DNA from: Cetorhinus maximus
Taxonomy: Eukaryota
Direction of reading: 5' to 3'
DNA: 64,000 bases
NCBI RefSeq assembly: GCF_964194155.1
Contig: NC_135884.1
Span: 34,162,001-34,226,000 of the forward strand
Notes under the pieces: generated by a model
The model's input: only the letters and a program-made list of their open reading frames with translations
Told to the model about the DNA's origin: nothing
The model's database searches: none
Shown here: positions 11,770 through 31,400 of the stretch, in pieces
How the letters are laid out: each line of letters opens with the position of its first letter
Numbering within the stretch: position 1 is the stretch's first letter
Translations under genes and position numbers: made by a program

Positions 11770-12680
11770 GTTGCCAGCATTTATTGTCCATCTAGTGCAG
11801 TTGGATAGGGAGTTTCCAGGATTTTGATCCAGCAATGAAGAAATGGCAATATATTTCCAAGTCAAAGTCTGTGACTCGGATGAGAACTCAGATGCTCCCA
11901 TGCACCCGCTGCCTTTCTACACAGTACAGGTCACATGGTTGGTAGGTGTTGTCAAAGCAGCCTTGGTTGGTTGCTGCAGTGCATCTTATAGATGGTACAC
12001 ACTGCAGCTATTGTGCACTGATGAGAGAATGTTTAAGGTAGTGCCAATCAAGCGGGCAGATTTGTCCTGGATGGTGATCAGCTTAAGTGTTGTTGAAGCT
12101 GCATTCATCCAGTTGAGTGGAAAATATTCTCACACTTCTGACTTGTGCCTTCCAGATAGTGGAAAGGCTTTGGAGGGTCAGTACATGGATCACTGGTGCA
12201 GAATACAGAGTCTCTGACCTGTTTGTGTAGCCACAGTATTTATGTTGTTGGTCCAATTAAGTTCTGATTAATGGTGGCCTCCGGGATATTGACAGTGATG
12301 GATTCAGCAAGGATAATGCTGTTGAATGTCATGGGGAGATAGTAGACTCTTGTTGGATATGTTCATTGCCTGGCACTTTTGTGCTGCAAATGTTACTTGC
12401 CATTTATCAGCTAAAGCCTGAATATTGGTCCAGGTCTTGCTGCGTGTGGGCACAGACCGCCTCATTATTTGAAGAGTTGTGAGCCAACATCCCCGTTTCG
12501 GACCTTACTATGATGGAGGGAAGGCCATTGATGAAGCAGATGAGCATGATTAGGAATAGGACCGTAGTGATGACATGGGGCTGAGATGATTGGCCTCCAA
12601 CACAACCATCTTCCATTGTGCTAGGCATGACTCCGACCAGTAGTTTCTCTGATGCCCACCGACTTCAATTTTACTCTGTC
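11770..12680 (-). mobile_element. CR1-group LINE 3' fragment (family of 43705-46342)
   Basis: Minus-strand peptides GGQSSQPHVIT and CFINGLPSII; 3' end ...caataaatgctggc. Confidence 0.65.
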
Positions 12681-13027
12681 AAATGCTGGATAGAAAAATA
12701 CATTTTCATCTCATCCCATAACTGAAAACAGCAGCAACAAGAGATGCAAGGATTATCAGTTCAATAAAGGTCAATTGAAACCCCACCCCCCCTCCACCCC
12801 ACATGAAACAATGATTAATGGACTACTCCAAACCTACCTCTAGCTAGTTCAAAGAACTTGTGGTTTGCCCAGAGGAAAAAAATACAGAACCCTCAAATAC
12901 CAAAACCTAGAACATATATATGTTCTCAAGATTTTTTCCATTGAGTCTTAATGATGAAATTGTTGCAAAAGAAAGGATTCAATAACACAAGGACGTTTTA
13001 GCTTTGTCAAACATCTGTTTAAAATGT

Positions 13028-13033
13028 TTTATT
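13028..13033 (-). terminator. RPS23: RPS23 polyadenylation signal AATAAA
   Basis: tttatt on the plus strand, ~30 nt after the stop codon, matching the very short 3' UTR typical of ribosomal protein mRNAs. Confidence 0.8.
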
Positions 13034-13061
13034 TTCCATCTTTGTTAATATACTGAAAAGT

Positions 13062-18911
<5,850 letters not shown>

Positions 18912-18915
<4 letters not shown>

Positions 18916-18955
18916 GATCACAGACTCGGCCTCTCAGCGAAAAGACCAGAGGAGC
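18912..18955 (-). CDS. RPS23: RPS23 exon 1 (pyrimidine-rich 5' UTR plus ATGG at 18912-18915)
   Basis: Minus strand ctcctctggtcttttcgc...gatcATGG|gtgagt; TOP-like pyrimidine tract; the TSS is approximate. Confidence 0.9.
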
Positions 18956-19333
18956 CGTGCGCAGCACCTATTACCCAGCACTAGGACCCCAGCCGGCGGC
19001 TCTCTAGCGCCTGCCGTAAAACGCGACCAAAAAAAAAATCATCTTTTACGCACGCCTGTATAAAGTCTGAGAGGAAATAATCCCCTCATTCGAAAAATAA
19101 ATTATACTCACCGAAATCATATTTTTTAATCCGTTTAAAACGTGTAATTCTGGAGACCCCGCCTTATGTTTATCGTCATTGGGTCCTCGGCAGAAAATCC
19201 ATCGATGATTGGTGGAAATTACTGTCAATCACACGGATGTTGCTCGAGCTCTCGCAGCGGGCTTGAAGCCGACGTTCGGTTTTGGAACACAGCGATTCGG
19301 AGTTTCTGTTACAGTCGCTGCTCATATTCATCA
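18950..19333. promoter_or_regulatory. CpG-rich bidirectional promoter between RPS23 and the ATP6AP1-like gene
   Basis: Divergent start codons ~420 bp apart (18915 minus, 19334 plus); CpG enrichment ~18680-19420. Confidence 0.75.
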
Positions 19334-19434
19334 ATGGAAACCTATAAGATACACTACTTAACAATTTCCCTCCTCATTAGGCTTTCGATTACGGCTGATC
19401 AGACCGTGCCTGTTATAATGTGGTCATCGGCAAA
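19334..19434 (+). CDS. ATP6AP1L: ATP6AP1-like exon 1 (signal peptide)
   Basis: METYKIHYLTISLLIRLSITADQTVPVIMWSSA, followed by gtaagt. Confidence 0.85.
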
Positions 19435-22400
19435 GTAAGTGAAGGTTTTACAGCTACAAATTGTTTAATTTATAAAATATATTCCAAATATTTCATTACT
19501 TTATTTATACATCTATTTATGAGTATTATGAATAATCAATAAGTGGTTTACCTTTAATCTGCAGAAAAAAAAATGAACTTAGTATTTATTTAATCTAAAT
19601 TAACTGACAATAATATAAACGGGCATCTATTCTAATAGTTTGACCAGGGACCTTTCGTTGATTGGATTGTCCAAAACAAAATTCGTAAAGGGCTGGATTT
19701 ATGTTGAAAACTTCCTTCGGAACTGACTGCTTAGATTATCAATTTATTATCGCAGAGGAAGTCTTTACAAAAGGTGGCTATAAACAAGTTACATTCGTTA
19801 TTGCAACTTCATAAAGTGAAGGTCAAATGATTTATTACTTTCTGTTTTATGTAAACCTCGTTTTATTGCATATTATCCATTTTAAGTCACTAACATTTTT
19901 GTATTTCTTCAGTTCTAGTAGTTTTTAAATAAAACAGAAAACGATTGAAATGCCCCGTTAATTTAATCTGTCCACAAACGCTCATCTATATTTTTTTTCC
20001 TTTCAGATGTTGGGACCTTTTTGTATATCCAGCATTTTATGTTTTTATTTCAGATTTCTAACATCTGCAGTTTTTTTCTTGTCTGTACCAGATTTTACCT
20101 CGAACATATGATATAATCGTTTTGCTTGTGAAAAGCGAACAAGCCTAAAAAGTGTCCGATTCTATATTAACTAAAACGGTGTACTGCATTTCCCAACTGT
20201 GAATTTAATCTGGATACCTAGCTGTACTGGACAGATGGGACTTTACCGATGATGTAGGCCAATGTGGACATGTGATTCATTTAATCTTGTATTAGATAAT
20301 CTGAGATCCTCCAATAAATCAGTGGTCAGACAATGTTAGACAGCTCCTATGAAGAGTCATACGGACTCGATACGCCGGCTGTATCCCTCTCCGCAGATGC
20401 TGTCAAACCTGCTGAGTTTTTCCAGGTATTTTTGTTTTTGTTTCAGATTTCCAGCATCCGCCGTATTTTGCTTTTAGCTCCATGTTTTGAGTTGGGTTCT
20501 CCCACTTTACCATTTGTTGCCTGTACAATTAAGGTCCAGGTAGCGGTAGTGCTTCTTGATAGGGTACCCCACGAGGTGTCAGCTGTGGCTCAGTTCATAG
20601 CACCCTCGCCTTTGAATCAGAGGGTTGTGGGTTCATGTCCCACTCCTGGAAAACCAAGAACTGTGATTGTACTCGAAAGAGTTGCAATCTGTGACTGTTG
20701 ATAACTCGAAAGAATTTTGATAGGGTACCCCATGAGGTGTCAGCTGTGGCTCAGTTCATAGCACCCTCGCCTTTGAATCAGAGGGTTGTGGGTCCATGTC
20801 CCACTCCCGGAAACCAAGAACTGTGATTGTACTCGAAAGAGTTGCAGTCTGTGACTGTTGATAACTCGAAAGAGTTTGATAGGGTACCCAGTAGGATACA
20901 GGAGAGGGAGGATTAATCCCCAACAACCCCACAAAAATACATTCTCTAAATATTATTCACCAGCATATACATACCATACCTTAAGATGGTATGTTCTCGT
21001 TTTATATAAATGTTATAAACAAATGTTCAAACTCAAAATATTCTGTGAATAAGATAAAACATGGTTGAACTGTACTGTGATGCTATTTTCGTACCTGGAT
21101 CCGCTCGAAGTACTTGGTGCAGCGGAATCATTCCCATGGTCTCAGAAACATTTTTTTTTGCTGACCCGATGACCGCTGCGCATTATTCACATTCTCTATC
21201 AACTATCACCTGGCAACGTGCTAATAAATATCTGGGTAAATATCTTGCTGAGTAAGATATAATTATTATATATAAGATATAATTATTCAAAAATAATTAA
21301 TCCATAGCTATCTTTGCTCTTTAATACTTGACGTCCCATATCCCATCATCAACGCAGTGTTATTGTGGGTGCTTTTTCAGTCGTTCATCGCATCATTTCA
21401 TAAATTTGTAAAAATGTAAACAAGCTTCTGACCCGCCCTAAACGTTGAAAGGATGCGAGTACAATTGGCCTCTAAATTCCTGAGTTGAGGACGGTGCAGA
21501 TTGGGATTTGAGAGTTTGTGATATGAGGAGTCCTTCGATTTTGACCAACATAATTCCTGCTCCCACGTATTATTTCAAGTCCAACAAATCCGTTTGTGTG
21601 CGATAGTTTAAGTAACACTGGCTAAAGTTTGAAGCAATAGAAACAAAATAGGGCAGATGCTGGAAATCTGAAACAAAAACAGAAAATTCTGGAAAAACTT
21701 AGCAGGTCTGGCAGCATCTGTGGAGCGTGAAAGAGTTAATGTTTCCAGTCGGTATGACTCTTCTTCAGACTTTTGAACGGTTTGCCGCATTTTCCGGCTC
21801 AATCCCCGCCAAGACCGGCCGTAAAATTCTGCCCTGGTGTCAGAAAGGCTTTCTGATTTGAATATTACAACCTATTTTACCTCTTTTACTTGCTTAGCAG
21901 TTTGGCTCCCACTCACCAGTGTATTCAATTGCCTAATGCAAATAGTAACAAAAGCTAGGATTAAACCTTTTTAATTGAACATAATTACATAATTTTTAGA
22001 TAGTCATCTCACATTGACAAATGGAAACATTGTATCAAACATGCAGATTTTTCCATTTCAATATTTAACACAAATCTATGACTTCATTCAATTTAATACA
22101 GGGCATTGTGGCAGACGGTGAATATTCCACATGAAGAGCACATTGGGCCGCACAAAGAAGTGCTGGAGCTGTCCACATATCTCAGTCCTGTTTTCAACAG
22201 GGGTCCAAAGAAAGTAGTACTTTTCTGGCAAGACAAGGTAATTGAGGCAATTTTTTTTCTGCAAACATATGAGTTAAAGGATTTTAAAATCTGTTTTAAA
22301 AAGATCAACAGGCAACATTGTAACACTTAAAAAGGAATGTGTAAAGATCATTGTGATCCAACTGGTCAGTCCAGAAACTGAGAAAGATTGCAAATGGTTT

Positions 22401-25400
22401 AAAACTGCGAGCAAGATTCCAACCCGGAAATGTGAAAACTCACTAACAGATACTGCTTTTGTCTGCTAAGAACTCCTCACTATTCCAGGATCATCTTGGA
22501 ATGCAAAGATAACCCTGGCTTCTTTTCTGCACTGAAAACCCTCTTCTTCACCCCCTCCACCCTCATCTTCAACAAGCGTGAAGAGCTCATGAATTTCTTT
22601 GTCACTAAGATTGACAGAATCCAATCAGCATGCTTCCCTTCCACTAGCCAACCTGGTCAAACTTTCTTCAATGGTCCTCCCTGCCCTAGCCCTGAACTTA
22701 TATCTTTCTCTATTTTCTCTCTTACCTTTCCTCATCCCCTCTCCATGAGACCCTCCTCTTGTTCTCTTGATCCTATTCCCACTGAATTGCTGATCAGTCT
22801 ACTTCCCCTCCTGGCCCCCATGTTAGCTAATATTGTAAATAGCTCTCTCTCTTTTGGTGTTGTCCCTCTCTCCGTTACATATGCCATCATCACCCCTCTC
22901 CTCAAAATACCAACCCTTGACCCTCTGTTCTTGCAAACTACTGTCCCATTTCCAACCTCCTTACTTCCCTAAAGTCCTTGAACACGTTGTCATCTCCAAA
23001 ATCTGTGCCCACTTTTCCTCAAACTTCTTGGGCAGAATTTTCCATTTGCCGGTCGTGCGGGCCCGACCGACCCGGCGGCAGTGGGCGGCCAATTGCCACT
23101 GAAGAAACGGGCAGTGCTGCCATTTTCCACGGGTGGGCCAATTAAGGCCCACCCCGCGGGTAAGCGACTCCCGTGGAGAACGGGAAAATAGTCGCGGGGG
23201 GGTTGGGGGTGGGGGGGGGGGGGGGGGCGGCCTCAGGCTGCCGGCTCCAATAGGGAGCCAGCAGCCTGCATAAAGAGTGGCCAGGCAGCCTGCTTGAGGC
23301 AGTGCACCATGGCCACTCATGGAGAGAGGGAGGGGGGTGCGAGTGGAGAGCAGCATGAGCAGGAAGAAGGGGCAGGCTTCAGGAGAGGCCAGCGGGAGGC
23401 CACTGTGCCCCCTGATTTTCCGATGCATGCCTTGCTGTCCTCCTGCAATCCGTCGGCAACTTCTGTATCCGGAGGATGGGAGGAGGAGGGCCCCCCATGT
23501 CACCAGCCAGGCGTGGGAGGAGGTGGGTGACGCTGTAAGTGCCCATGATGATGTGCGGTGCACTGGCACACAGTGCAGGAAACGATTCAATGATTTGCTG
23601 CGCTCTGGAAGGGTGAGTGCCATGTCTGTCTTGGCCATTTGACCCAGAAGGCAGCCTTAGCCCTTGACCCCCCCCCCACCATGTCTTGCTGTCGTTACTG
23701 CAGAGGGCATCTGTCGCATGCTGGGTGGGCAAATGGGTACTGACCATGCTTACACCAGCCTTAGTGGTTGAGGAGAAGAATGGTTCTCCCCGCAGCATAT
23801 GTTGGTCTTTGTGGCATTAGAGTAGTCTGGGGGCAACCTGCAGGGGAGGCCGCTAGACACATACTCAGGACTCCAACACATGTCATATTGATGGTAATGA
23901 GATGGTGCAAGGGCTGCATCAAGGTGTTTTGGGCAAGTGCCATCTGCTGGCATTGGCGCAGCACCTAGTTGTGCCTCCTTGCCATGGGCGCTAAGAGCCA
24001 TGTGATATTCAAAGTGATGGATGCCGAATGTGCCCAAGGTAGCGGTTGGGGGAGGGGGTTGGGACCAGCCGTGCTATCTTCTGGGAACTGATCACCAGTA
24101 GTGTGGACAGGAGCCGCTGGAGGCCTCAGATGGGCCACTGTGGTTGGGGTGTGGCGTGCGCGTGCAGACTACATGAGCAAGCAGCCCCAATAAATCCTCT
24201 TTTCTGTTTTGCAGGCAAAAACTCACCACAATGCCTGGGAGCGCCAGAGGACTGGAGGTGGGCGTGCCCTCCTGCAGCGCCTCATGCCTTTTGAAGAGCG
24301 GGCCATGGAGTTGGGCAGCAGTCAGGAGGCCAGGGCGGCCGGGGGCGGTGAGGCTGGGGTCCAGCGGGCAGGTATTTGAGGTCCACAGTCCCATCCACTC
24401 TGTCTGCACACCATCCAAACCACTGATGGTTGCTGCAATCATTAATGCTGAAACAATGCTCATTCACAGACTGAGACATTCTGACGTGTGGTTCATACAG
24501 AAGGGACCCTCGTCCCCTTGAGGAATCGCGTCTCCACCACCTTCCAAAGTCACCTTATCCCATTTGTGACCACTATCACCATGGTCTAACATGCCATTAG
24601 ATCTCCGCTGCACAGCCAAAGACTTATTTCATCTGAGGGGGTTTGAGACCTCTAGCACCCTTTCAGCCAGTGCGCCCCACATTACTTTGTCCAAAAGGTC
24701 CTCAGCACCTCAGCTGTGAACATCATGGCACTCAACTTAGATGAATGCCACCACGTTACTCATTCCTGCGCCAAGGGGAAATGTTGCCTTCTGCCCACCC
24801 GGTCTATGCCCCTCCTTACGGAATGAAGGCCAATAATGTGACCTCTCAATCTCCTGTGATCGACGGCAAATGTCGCTACTGTTTGCGATGTTTCCTCAGC
24901 CCCGCAACTATCCAGGCCACAATGCATCCAAGTCAGGTACCTCTGCATTCTCCCCACTCCTATGGTTCATAACATGCCATGTGGCATTCCTGAGGCCATC
25001 TGACCAGCCTGTCTGCATGTGCGTTTAATGTTTGAGGCTCGTCTTGATTCTTTTTCAACTCACCAATGTTCTTCTCCTTAGGGTCTTGAAGGGTGAGCGA
25101 CTTATGAGGCTGGGGGGGAAAGGGATGAAAGGTTGAACTGAATGTACACTAACTGATGCACTGTCCTTGTTGTTAATTTCAGCGTCACCACCAGAGAGTA
25201 CCGCACCTCGACCCCGCGGTTCCCCCTCCACACCTGAGAGCCAACAAGTGCAACTTGCGGCACATCATTTCAGCCAGCCAGGCACCAGTGTATACACATA
25301 CACCTCGGTGGGGACTTTACTGTCGGCTAGTGTCCCGGGTCACAGTGGAGAGGGCACATCACAATCGCTGGAGGAGGTGGAAGGGGCAGAGAGTGCCGAT

Positions 25401-28400
25401 GGCTCCAGCAGCCGGAGGGCTGCAGGGGATAAGGCACATGCTGACTCCGGCACTGATGACGTGCCTTTGGAGTTGTCCCCATTGCAGCAGCTGCAGGAAA
25501 GGTGGCAGGAAGTGCGTTTGCATCTGACAGGGTTGCATGAGGGAAAGGTTCAGTTGCTGTCTGTGACGGAGGAGTCTAGGCAGAGTGCAAGCGAAGAATC
25601 CACCCTCCGGGCAGAGCTTCAGGATTCCTTCAATGAGAGATTGGCGACTCTCATAGAGAGGGGCTTCCACCAAATGGATCAACATATCTGACCTGCAAGC
25701 CCTCACAACGGTTCTGGCCACAGGTGGTGTTTTCCATTGTGGGAGATGTTGTGGACACCAAGCGCCGGCACTCTATGCCCATGCATCTGCAGTGAGCAGG
25801 GAGGTAGATTTGAACCTCACATCAGCGCAGCAGCTGCCTGCCATTGCTGCGAGCTCCTCTCATGGTGCTCCGGATGAGAGCAGCAGCTCCTCCGCCCCTC
25901 TGCCAGTCAACGTTTCTTCCGTTGAGGCTGCGACAACTGGGGAGGTGCCAGTTCTGGAACTGGCCACTCCCTCCCAGGCGGGGGCATTACAGGCTCCACG
26001 GGCCAGAGTCAGCAGGCTGTCTTTCAAGCCACTCTGAGCGATGGGGTGGCACCTAGACATAGCACCTGAAAACATAAGCATAAGGCACCTTAGGCACTCC
26101 ACGGGTATGTCACTGGTGATTTTGTGTTGGCCTTAGAATAGGGACCCATATTTTTGTGATCGCTAACAAGTGGTGTGTGTTTTTGTTTTGGACAAAATAA
26201 AGTCCACCTTTGTAACCGTGGCTGAGGGTCTTTTGTTTGTGGTGCATTTTTCTTTTTCACATATTTATCATGAGTGTTTGAGTGGACATTGATGTTTCTG
26301 TACTAAGCCCTTATTTGCAGCTGAACAGGTGGAAGATGTGGCACCTAAGTGCCATGTGTGGAAGTGCCAGGCAATGCTGTTCCTGCTGTTCCATGTGTGT
26401 GGAGCTAGCTGAAGGTTCATTGGATTAAATTGTAGCAGGTGTCCCTGCCTCCTTGGTGTAAATGCGGGTCATTGTTCTGCCCCTCATCATCGCCCTGTGC
26501 TTCCTCATCCTCTGAGGCACTGCTGGATTCATCATGTGCAGCCTCATCCAGGGCGTCAAGGTCTTCATCGTCAACTGCATCCCCCCTTTCCAGCGCAAGA
26601 TTGTGCAGGGTGCAGCAGACTACCACTATCAGAGACGTAATCTGGGGGGTACTGGAGTGCGCCCCCTGAGCGGTCCACGCAACGGAAGTGCATCTTGAGA
26701 AGACCAATGGCTCTCTCCACCACAGCCCTTGTGGTCCCCTGGCTCCTATTGTACCGATGCTCAGCTTCTGTTCTTGGACGGCGTAGTGGCATCATGAGCC
26801 ACCTTCACAGAGGATAGCCCTTGTCACCCAACACTGAAGAGCCCCGGCATCTGGGAGTGTCTGAGGATGTAGGTGTCGTGGGAGCTGCCTGGGTACCTTG
26901 CACAGACATGTAAAATCTGCATCCAGTGATCACACACTATCTGCACGTTCATGGAGTGGAAGCCCTTCCTGTTGACGAAGGCACCGGGTTCACCTGCTGG
27001 CGCCTTGATGGCCATGTGTGCAGTCTATTGCACCCTGGACTCGGGGGAAGCCAGCAATGGCCGTGAAGCCTCTGGCTCGCTGTGCCTGACTTGCCTGGTC
27101 CCAGCGGAAGTGGATGAAAGTGGATACCCATCTGAACAGAGCATTTGTAACCTGCTTGACACAAGTGTGGACAGCTGATTGGGAGACACCGCAAAGATCA
27201 CCCACCGAGCCCTGGAAGGAGCCAGAGGCATAGAAGTGGAGGGCAACTGTGAGCTTCAGAGTCACTGGCATGGGGTGTCCACCCACACAGTTAGGGGAGA
27301 TCTCAGGGCCAATCATCTGAGATATAGTTGACTGACTCCCTTGAGAGTCGGAGCCTCCTTCGGCACTACACCTCAGTCATATTGAGGTGGCTGCTTTGCC
27401 GCCTGTATAGCCTGGCGGCAGGATAATGGCGTCTTCTGAGGACCCTTGCACCTTGGACAACCTCTTGGCCCTGTGCTCCTTGTGCCTGCGCCTGGCCTCC
27501 CATAGGTGGCTCCCCTGGAGGCTGATTGTCCAGTCCTGGCCTCCTCCTTATTCTATCCCTCCCTTCCTCGTCAGGGGAGCTGCCTCCAGTGGAGAGGTCA
27601 GAACCCATATCCCCAGGATAAATGGAGGCCTCCAGAAAGCTGCAGGCCTGAGAAAGATTACTGTCTGCAGACTGGTTTCAAAGTACACAAGAAGCTCTTC
27701 GAAATCGATGAGAACTACTAACAATCACACAGGCAACTTTTAAACACTTTCATCAATTATAACTTCGTCAAAAACATGAACAACCCCTCTGAGTCCACAT
27801 ATGCCGACATTGCAAAAGTTTTCTTAAATAATCTCCTACCCGCCTTCCCATTGGGCCCATGCGCCGACCCGAAGTTCGCACGGGCCCCTCAAAATCATAC
27901 ACAATTGGCAAGTTAAGGGGCTTAATGAGCCCTTCAATTAATGGCGGGCGAACTGAGCGCGTCCACTCACCGAAATACCGTGATGGCGCGCGCTGACGTT
28001 GGCACGCTCACGCGTCATTTTACACACTGACATGCGGGCTACGCCATCTGCACGTCAGCCGGAAAATTCTGGCCCTTGTTTGAATCCCTCCAATCTGATT
28101 TCCACCCCTGCCTTAGTACCAAACAATGCTTACCAAAGTCACAAATCGGATCCTATGTGACTGTGACAAAGGTAAACTATCTTTCCTTGTTTTTCTTGAC
28201 CTGTCTGCAGCCTTTGACACACCATCCTTCTCCAATACCTCTCCACTGTCATACAGATGGGTGGCACTGCACTTGCCTGTTTCCACTTTTATCTATCTAA
28301 TTGCAGCCAGTGTATCATTTGCAATGGCTTCTCTTCCTGCTCTGGCACCATTACCTCTGGTGTTCTCCAAGGTTCCATCCTTACCCCGCCCTCCCCCCCC

Positions 28401-31400
28401 CCCCCCACACACACACACACCACCCCAATCCTATTTCCTATCTCCATGCTGCCCCTCAGCAACATCATCCAAAAGCCCAGAGTTAGATTTCACATGTTCG
28501 CTGATGATACCCCAACTCCACCACCTTTCTTGACTCCTCCACCATTGATAAATTATTATTCTGGCTATTCGACATCCAGTACTAGTTGAATTGAAATTTC
28601 CTTCAGTTAAATGTTGGGGAAACCAAAGTCATTGTCTTTGTTCCACCACAAACTCTGTTCTCTAGCTACTGACCCCATCCTTCTCCCTGGCAACTGTCTG
28701 GGACCAAACCAGATTGTTCGCTATCTTGGTGTCATATTTGAACTCAAGATGAACTTCCAATCACATTTTTGCACCACCACTAAGATTGCCTATTTCCACC
28801 TTCATAATATTGCTGGATTCCACCCTGCTTCAGCCCATCTGCTGATAAAAATCCTCATCCATGCCTTTGTTCCCTCTAGACTTTGCTCATTCAATGCACT
28901 CCTGACCAGCCTCTCAGATTCTACCCTCTGCAAACTTAAGGTCATCCTAAACTCTGCTGCCATCCATTCACCTTTTGCTCCTGTGCTCACTGATCTACAT
29001 TGGCTCCCAATCAAGCAATGGCTTGATTTTAAAATTCTCATCCTTGTTTTCAAAGCCCACCATGTCCTTGCTCCCTCCATATCTCTGTAATCTCTTCCAG
29101 CTCCACAACGCTCTGAGATATCTGCGCTCATCTAATCCAGGCCTCTTTAGCATCCTGATTTTAATTGCTTCACCATTTCTGGCTGTGCATTTAGCTGCCT
29201 AGCTCTGGAATTCCCACCCTAAACCTCAGTGCCTCCTTATCTCCCTCCTCCTTAAAACCTACCTCTTTGACCAAGCTTCCGGCGATCTGATCTAACATTG
29301 CCACATGTGGCTCTGTGTCTAATTTTGCTTCATTATGTTCCTTTAAAGCACTTTTGGATGTTTTATTGCATTAAAGGTGCTACATATACTGCATTGTTAC
29401 TGAAAATATCAAATAATGTATGTTTTGCACTGATGAACTCAGATTTGCATTCAAATTCTTAATTCAGCTAAAGATCATTAAAAAAATCTTTTTAAAATCT
29501 ATACCCTCTTCTGAGATTTATAATAGGTTCAGGATTGTGTGATTAATAACAGCATTTGATTACCATGTTTTGTGGAAAATGATGGCAATTAATTCAATAT
29601 TTAATATCCATAAAGATTAGATTTTTACTGAGTGTCACCTATTACTAAGAGATGGTTCTTATAGCTTACAAACAAAATGATAATGTAACATAAAAAATCA
29701 ACTGGAGGCAACAATGAGATTTTATTCTATGTTTAGCTGTACAATAACACTAATAATTGCAACTGTTTGTGACAATTATGAGAAATCTCTTTTAATGAGT
29801 TCAGATGCTTAAGCAGAGTTTGAATATATTTTCACAACTAAACTAAACCATATATCTATAGAATATATTAGTGTGAATGGAAATTGTGTTGTTAGAGATT
29901 ACCTTGTTTTATAGGAACACCACTCCCTCTTTTTTATTTTTTTAAATTCCAATTGGAACCTGCCCTGGTGAATACTATTTCAGTCAAGCTGGGCCAACTG
30001 TCTCCAAACTTCCATCTATGCCAATTTTAAATCACTCATGAAGAGGAGACATGGAATGATCCTCCCTTCTAGTGAGGAAATGCTTGGTTCCCACTCAGTG
30101 CCTCCCTAAGGCAGCAAAGATAAGTCTGGGAATTTGAGATCAGCAGCAGAAGAGTGTGAGCGTACATTTATATCCCAGTACTAATACATGTGGAGGCTCT
30201 TAATAGTTAATCCTGTAGTCAATATCATGAAGGAATGGTCTTACAGAAGTAGCCAAAGATGTGTTTGTTCATATATTTTGAACATATTGAAGTTTTTTGT
30301 ACCTTTACCACAATCAGCCTTCATTTAAACATATACTTATAACTCCAATTTTGCTTTTCTGAGACACTTTTCAGCAGTGTCTGTAATAGGTGTAAGCACT
30401 TTAACGTGCTATCTTATATTCAGCATATGCATATTTCACATTCTGGTTAGCCTGATTCATGTTAATTTATAATGGAAGTATATTAACTGATTCAATGTGC
30501 ATCAATAATATATTAGTCATATTTGAAGCTAATTTACCCTGTACATATGTACTGCACCAAATAGTTATCAGCACTGATTTAATCACATTATGTTTAAGGG
30601 AAAACTATATTTAGTTAATTTAATACTGATTAACATTTTGATTGTACTTTCAGCTGAACGTCCATGATATTATCAATCTTGATGGCAAGTTGGTCCACAC
30701 ATTTTCAAATATTCAGGTATGATGGAACCTTACTTTGTGAATATATATTTCCAAATTATATATTGTAATTATTATAAGCAAGTAGTAAGCAAATGAAGTC
30801 TTTTATACAAAATAAAACTTAATCATTGAATTTCAAGGGCTAGTTTAGGTTATGAATAATATTCAGAATATAACTGATAGCTTCTAAAACTAATAAAAAA
30901 TCTTAATGAACTTCTAAGAAAGAAACAAATCAAGGAAAATGGTAAATGTAGAGTTCATTCATAGTAATGATAAAATAATGAGAAGAAATTGTGAATGGGA
31001 CAGTGCATAGCTTTATATTTAGGCTTTGCATTCACAATACCGAATACTGTTCTATCATAAATGAGGAGGAAGCCATCATACAGTATTTTATAACTGGTGT
31101 TTGTTTTCTCCTTCATCCCTCACCTACACTGTTGCCAAACAACAATACGGTCAAATACTGTTAAGTTCCGAAGATTATGATTTCTATAGGCTTATTTGTA
31201 AAGTTTATAATCCTTTTATTCTGTTTAAATTTAAACAAAAGCATATTGGGCATGATTTTGCTGTGAAAAGTGAAGCAATGGCTTTTGCCATTCACCTCAG
31301 GTATAGGTATCCAAAGGCTTATCAAGGTTTGTCAAAAAAACCTAACTTTTTCATCTGTCTTAATTGGAATAATAGTGGATAATTACCCTAAGTTCACACC

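Larger units (their letters stand above)
23030..28074. mobile_element. Full-length but degenerate PIF/Harbinger DNA transposon (~5.0 kb)
   Basis: 14-bp TIRs GGGCAGAATTTTCC and GGAAAATTCTGGCC; CTT duplication at 23027-23029 and 28075-28077; convergent Myb/SANT and DDE transposase ORFs. Confidence 0.92.
22455..29400 (+). mobile_element. L2-clade LINE split by the Harbinger insertion (22455-23029 and 28075-29400)
   Basis: Peptides CSLDPIPTELL, FLDLSAAFDT, FHMFADDT, LHWLPIKQWLDFKIL; the sequence is contiguous once the insert is removed. Confidence 0.8.

Noticed and set aside
19166-19333. In-frame upstream extension (MFIVIGSS...) of ATP6AP1L exon 1
   Set aside because: It would bury the signal peptide and lies in the bidirectional promoter; ATG 19334 gives a normal Ac45 N-terminus.
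20574-20657. Possible tRNA gene ending in CCA
   Set aside because: No proper acceptor stem, flanked by TSDs and matches the SINE head; treated as a SINE.
20556-20889. Three regularly spaced 14-bp repeats resembling a CRISPR array
   Set aside because: The spacers are near-identical SINE copies and the DNA is vertebrate.
21253-21287. Short tandem duplication taagatataattatt
   Set aside because: Low-complexity AT-rich slippage with no further structure.
22961-23638. 225-aa minus-strand ORF with a polyproline run
   Set aside because: Antisense to the GC-rich Harbinger end; the prolines come from the poly-G tract.
26417-27608. Domesticated HARBI1 gene
   Set aside because: Multiple frameshifts, flanking TIRs/TSD and a partner Myb ORF show a decayed transposon.
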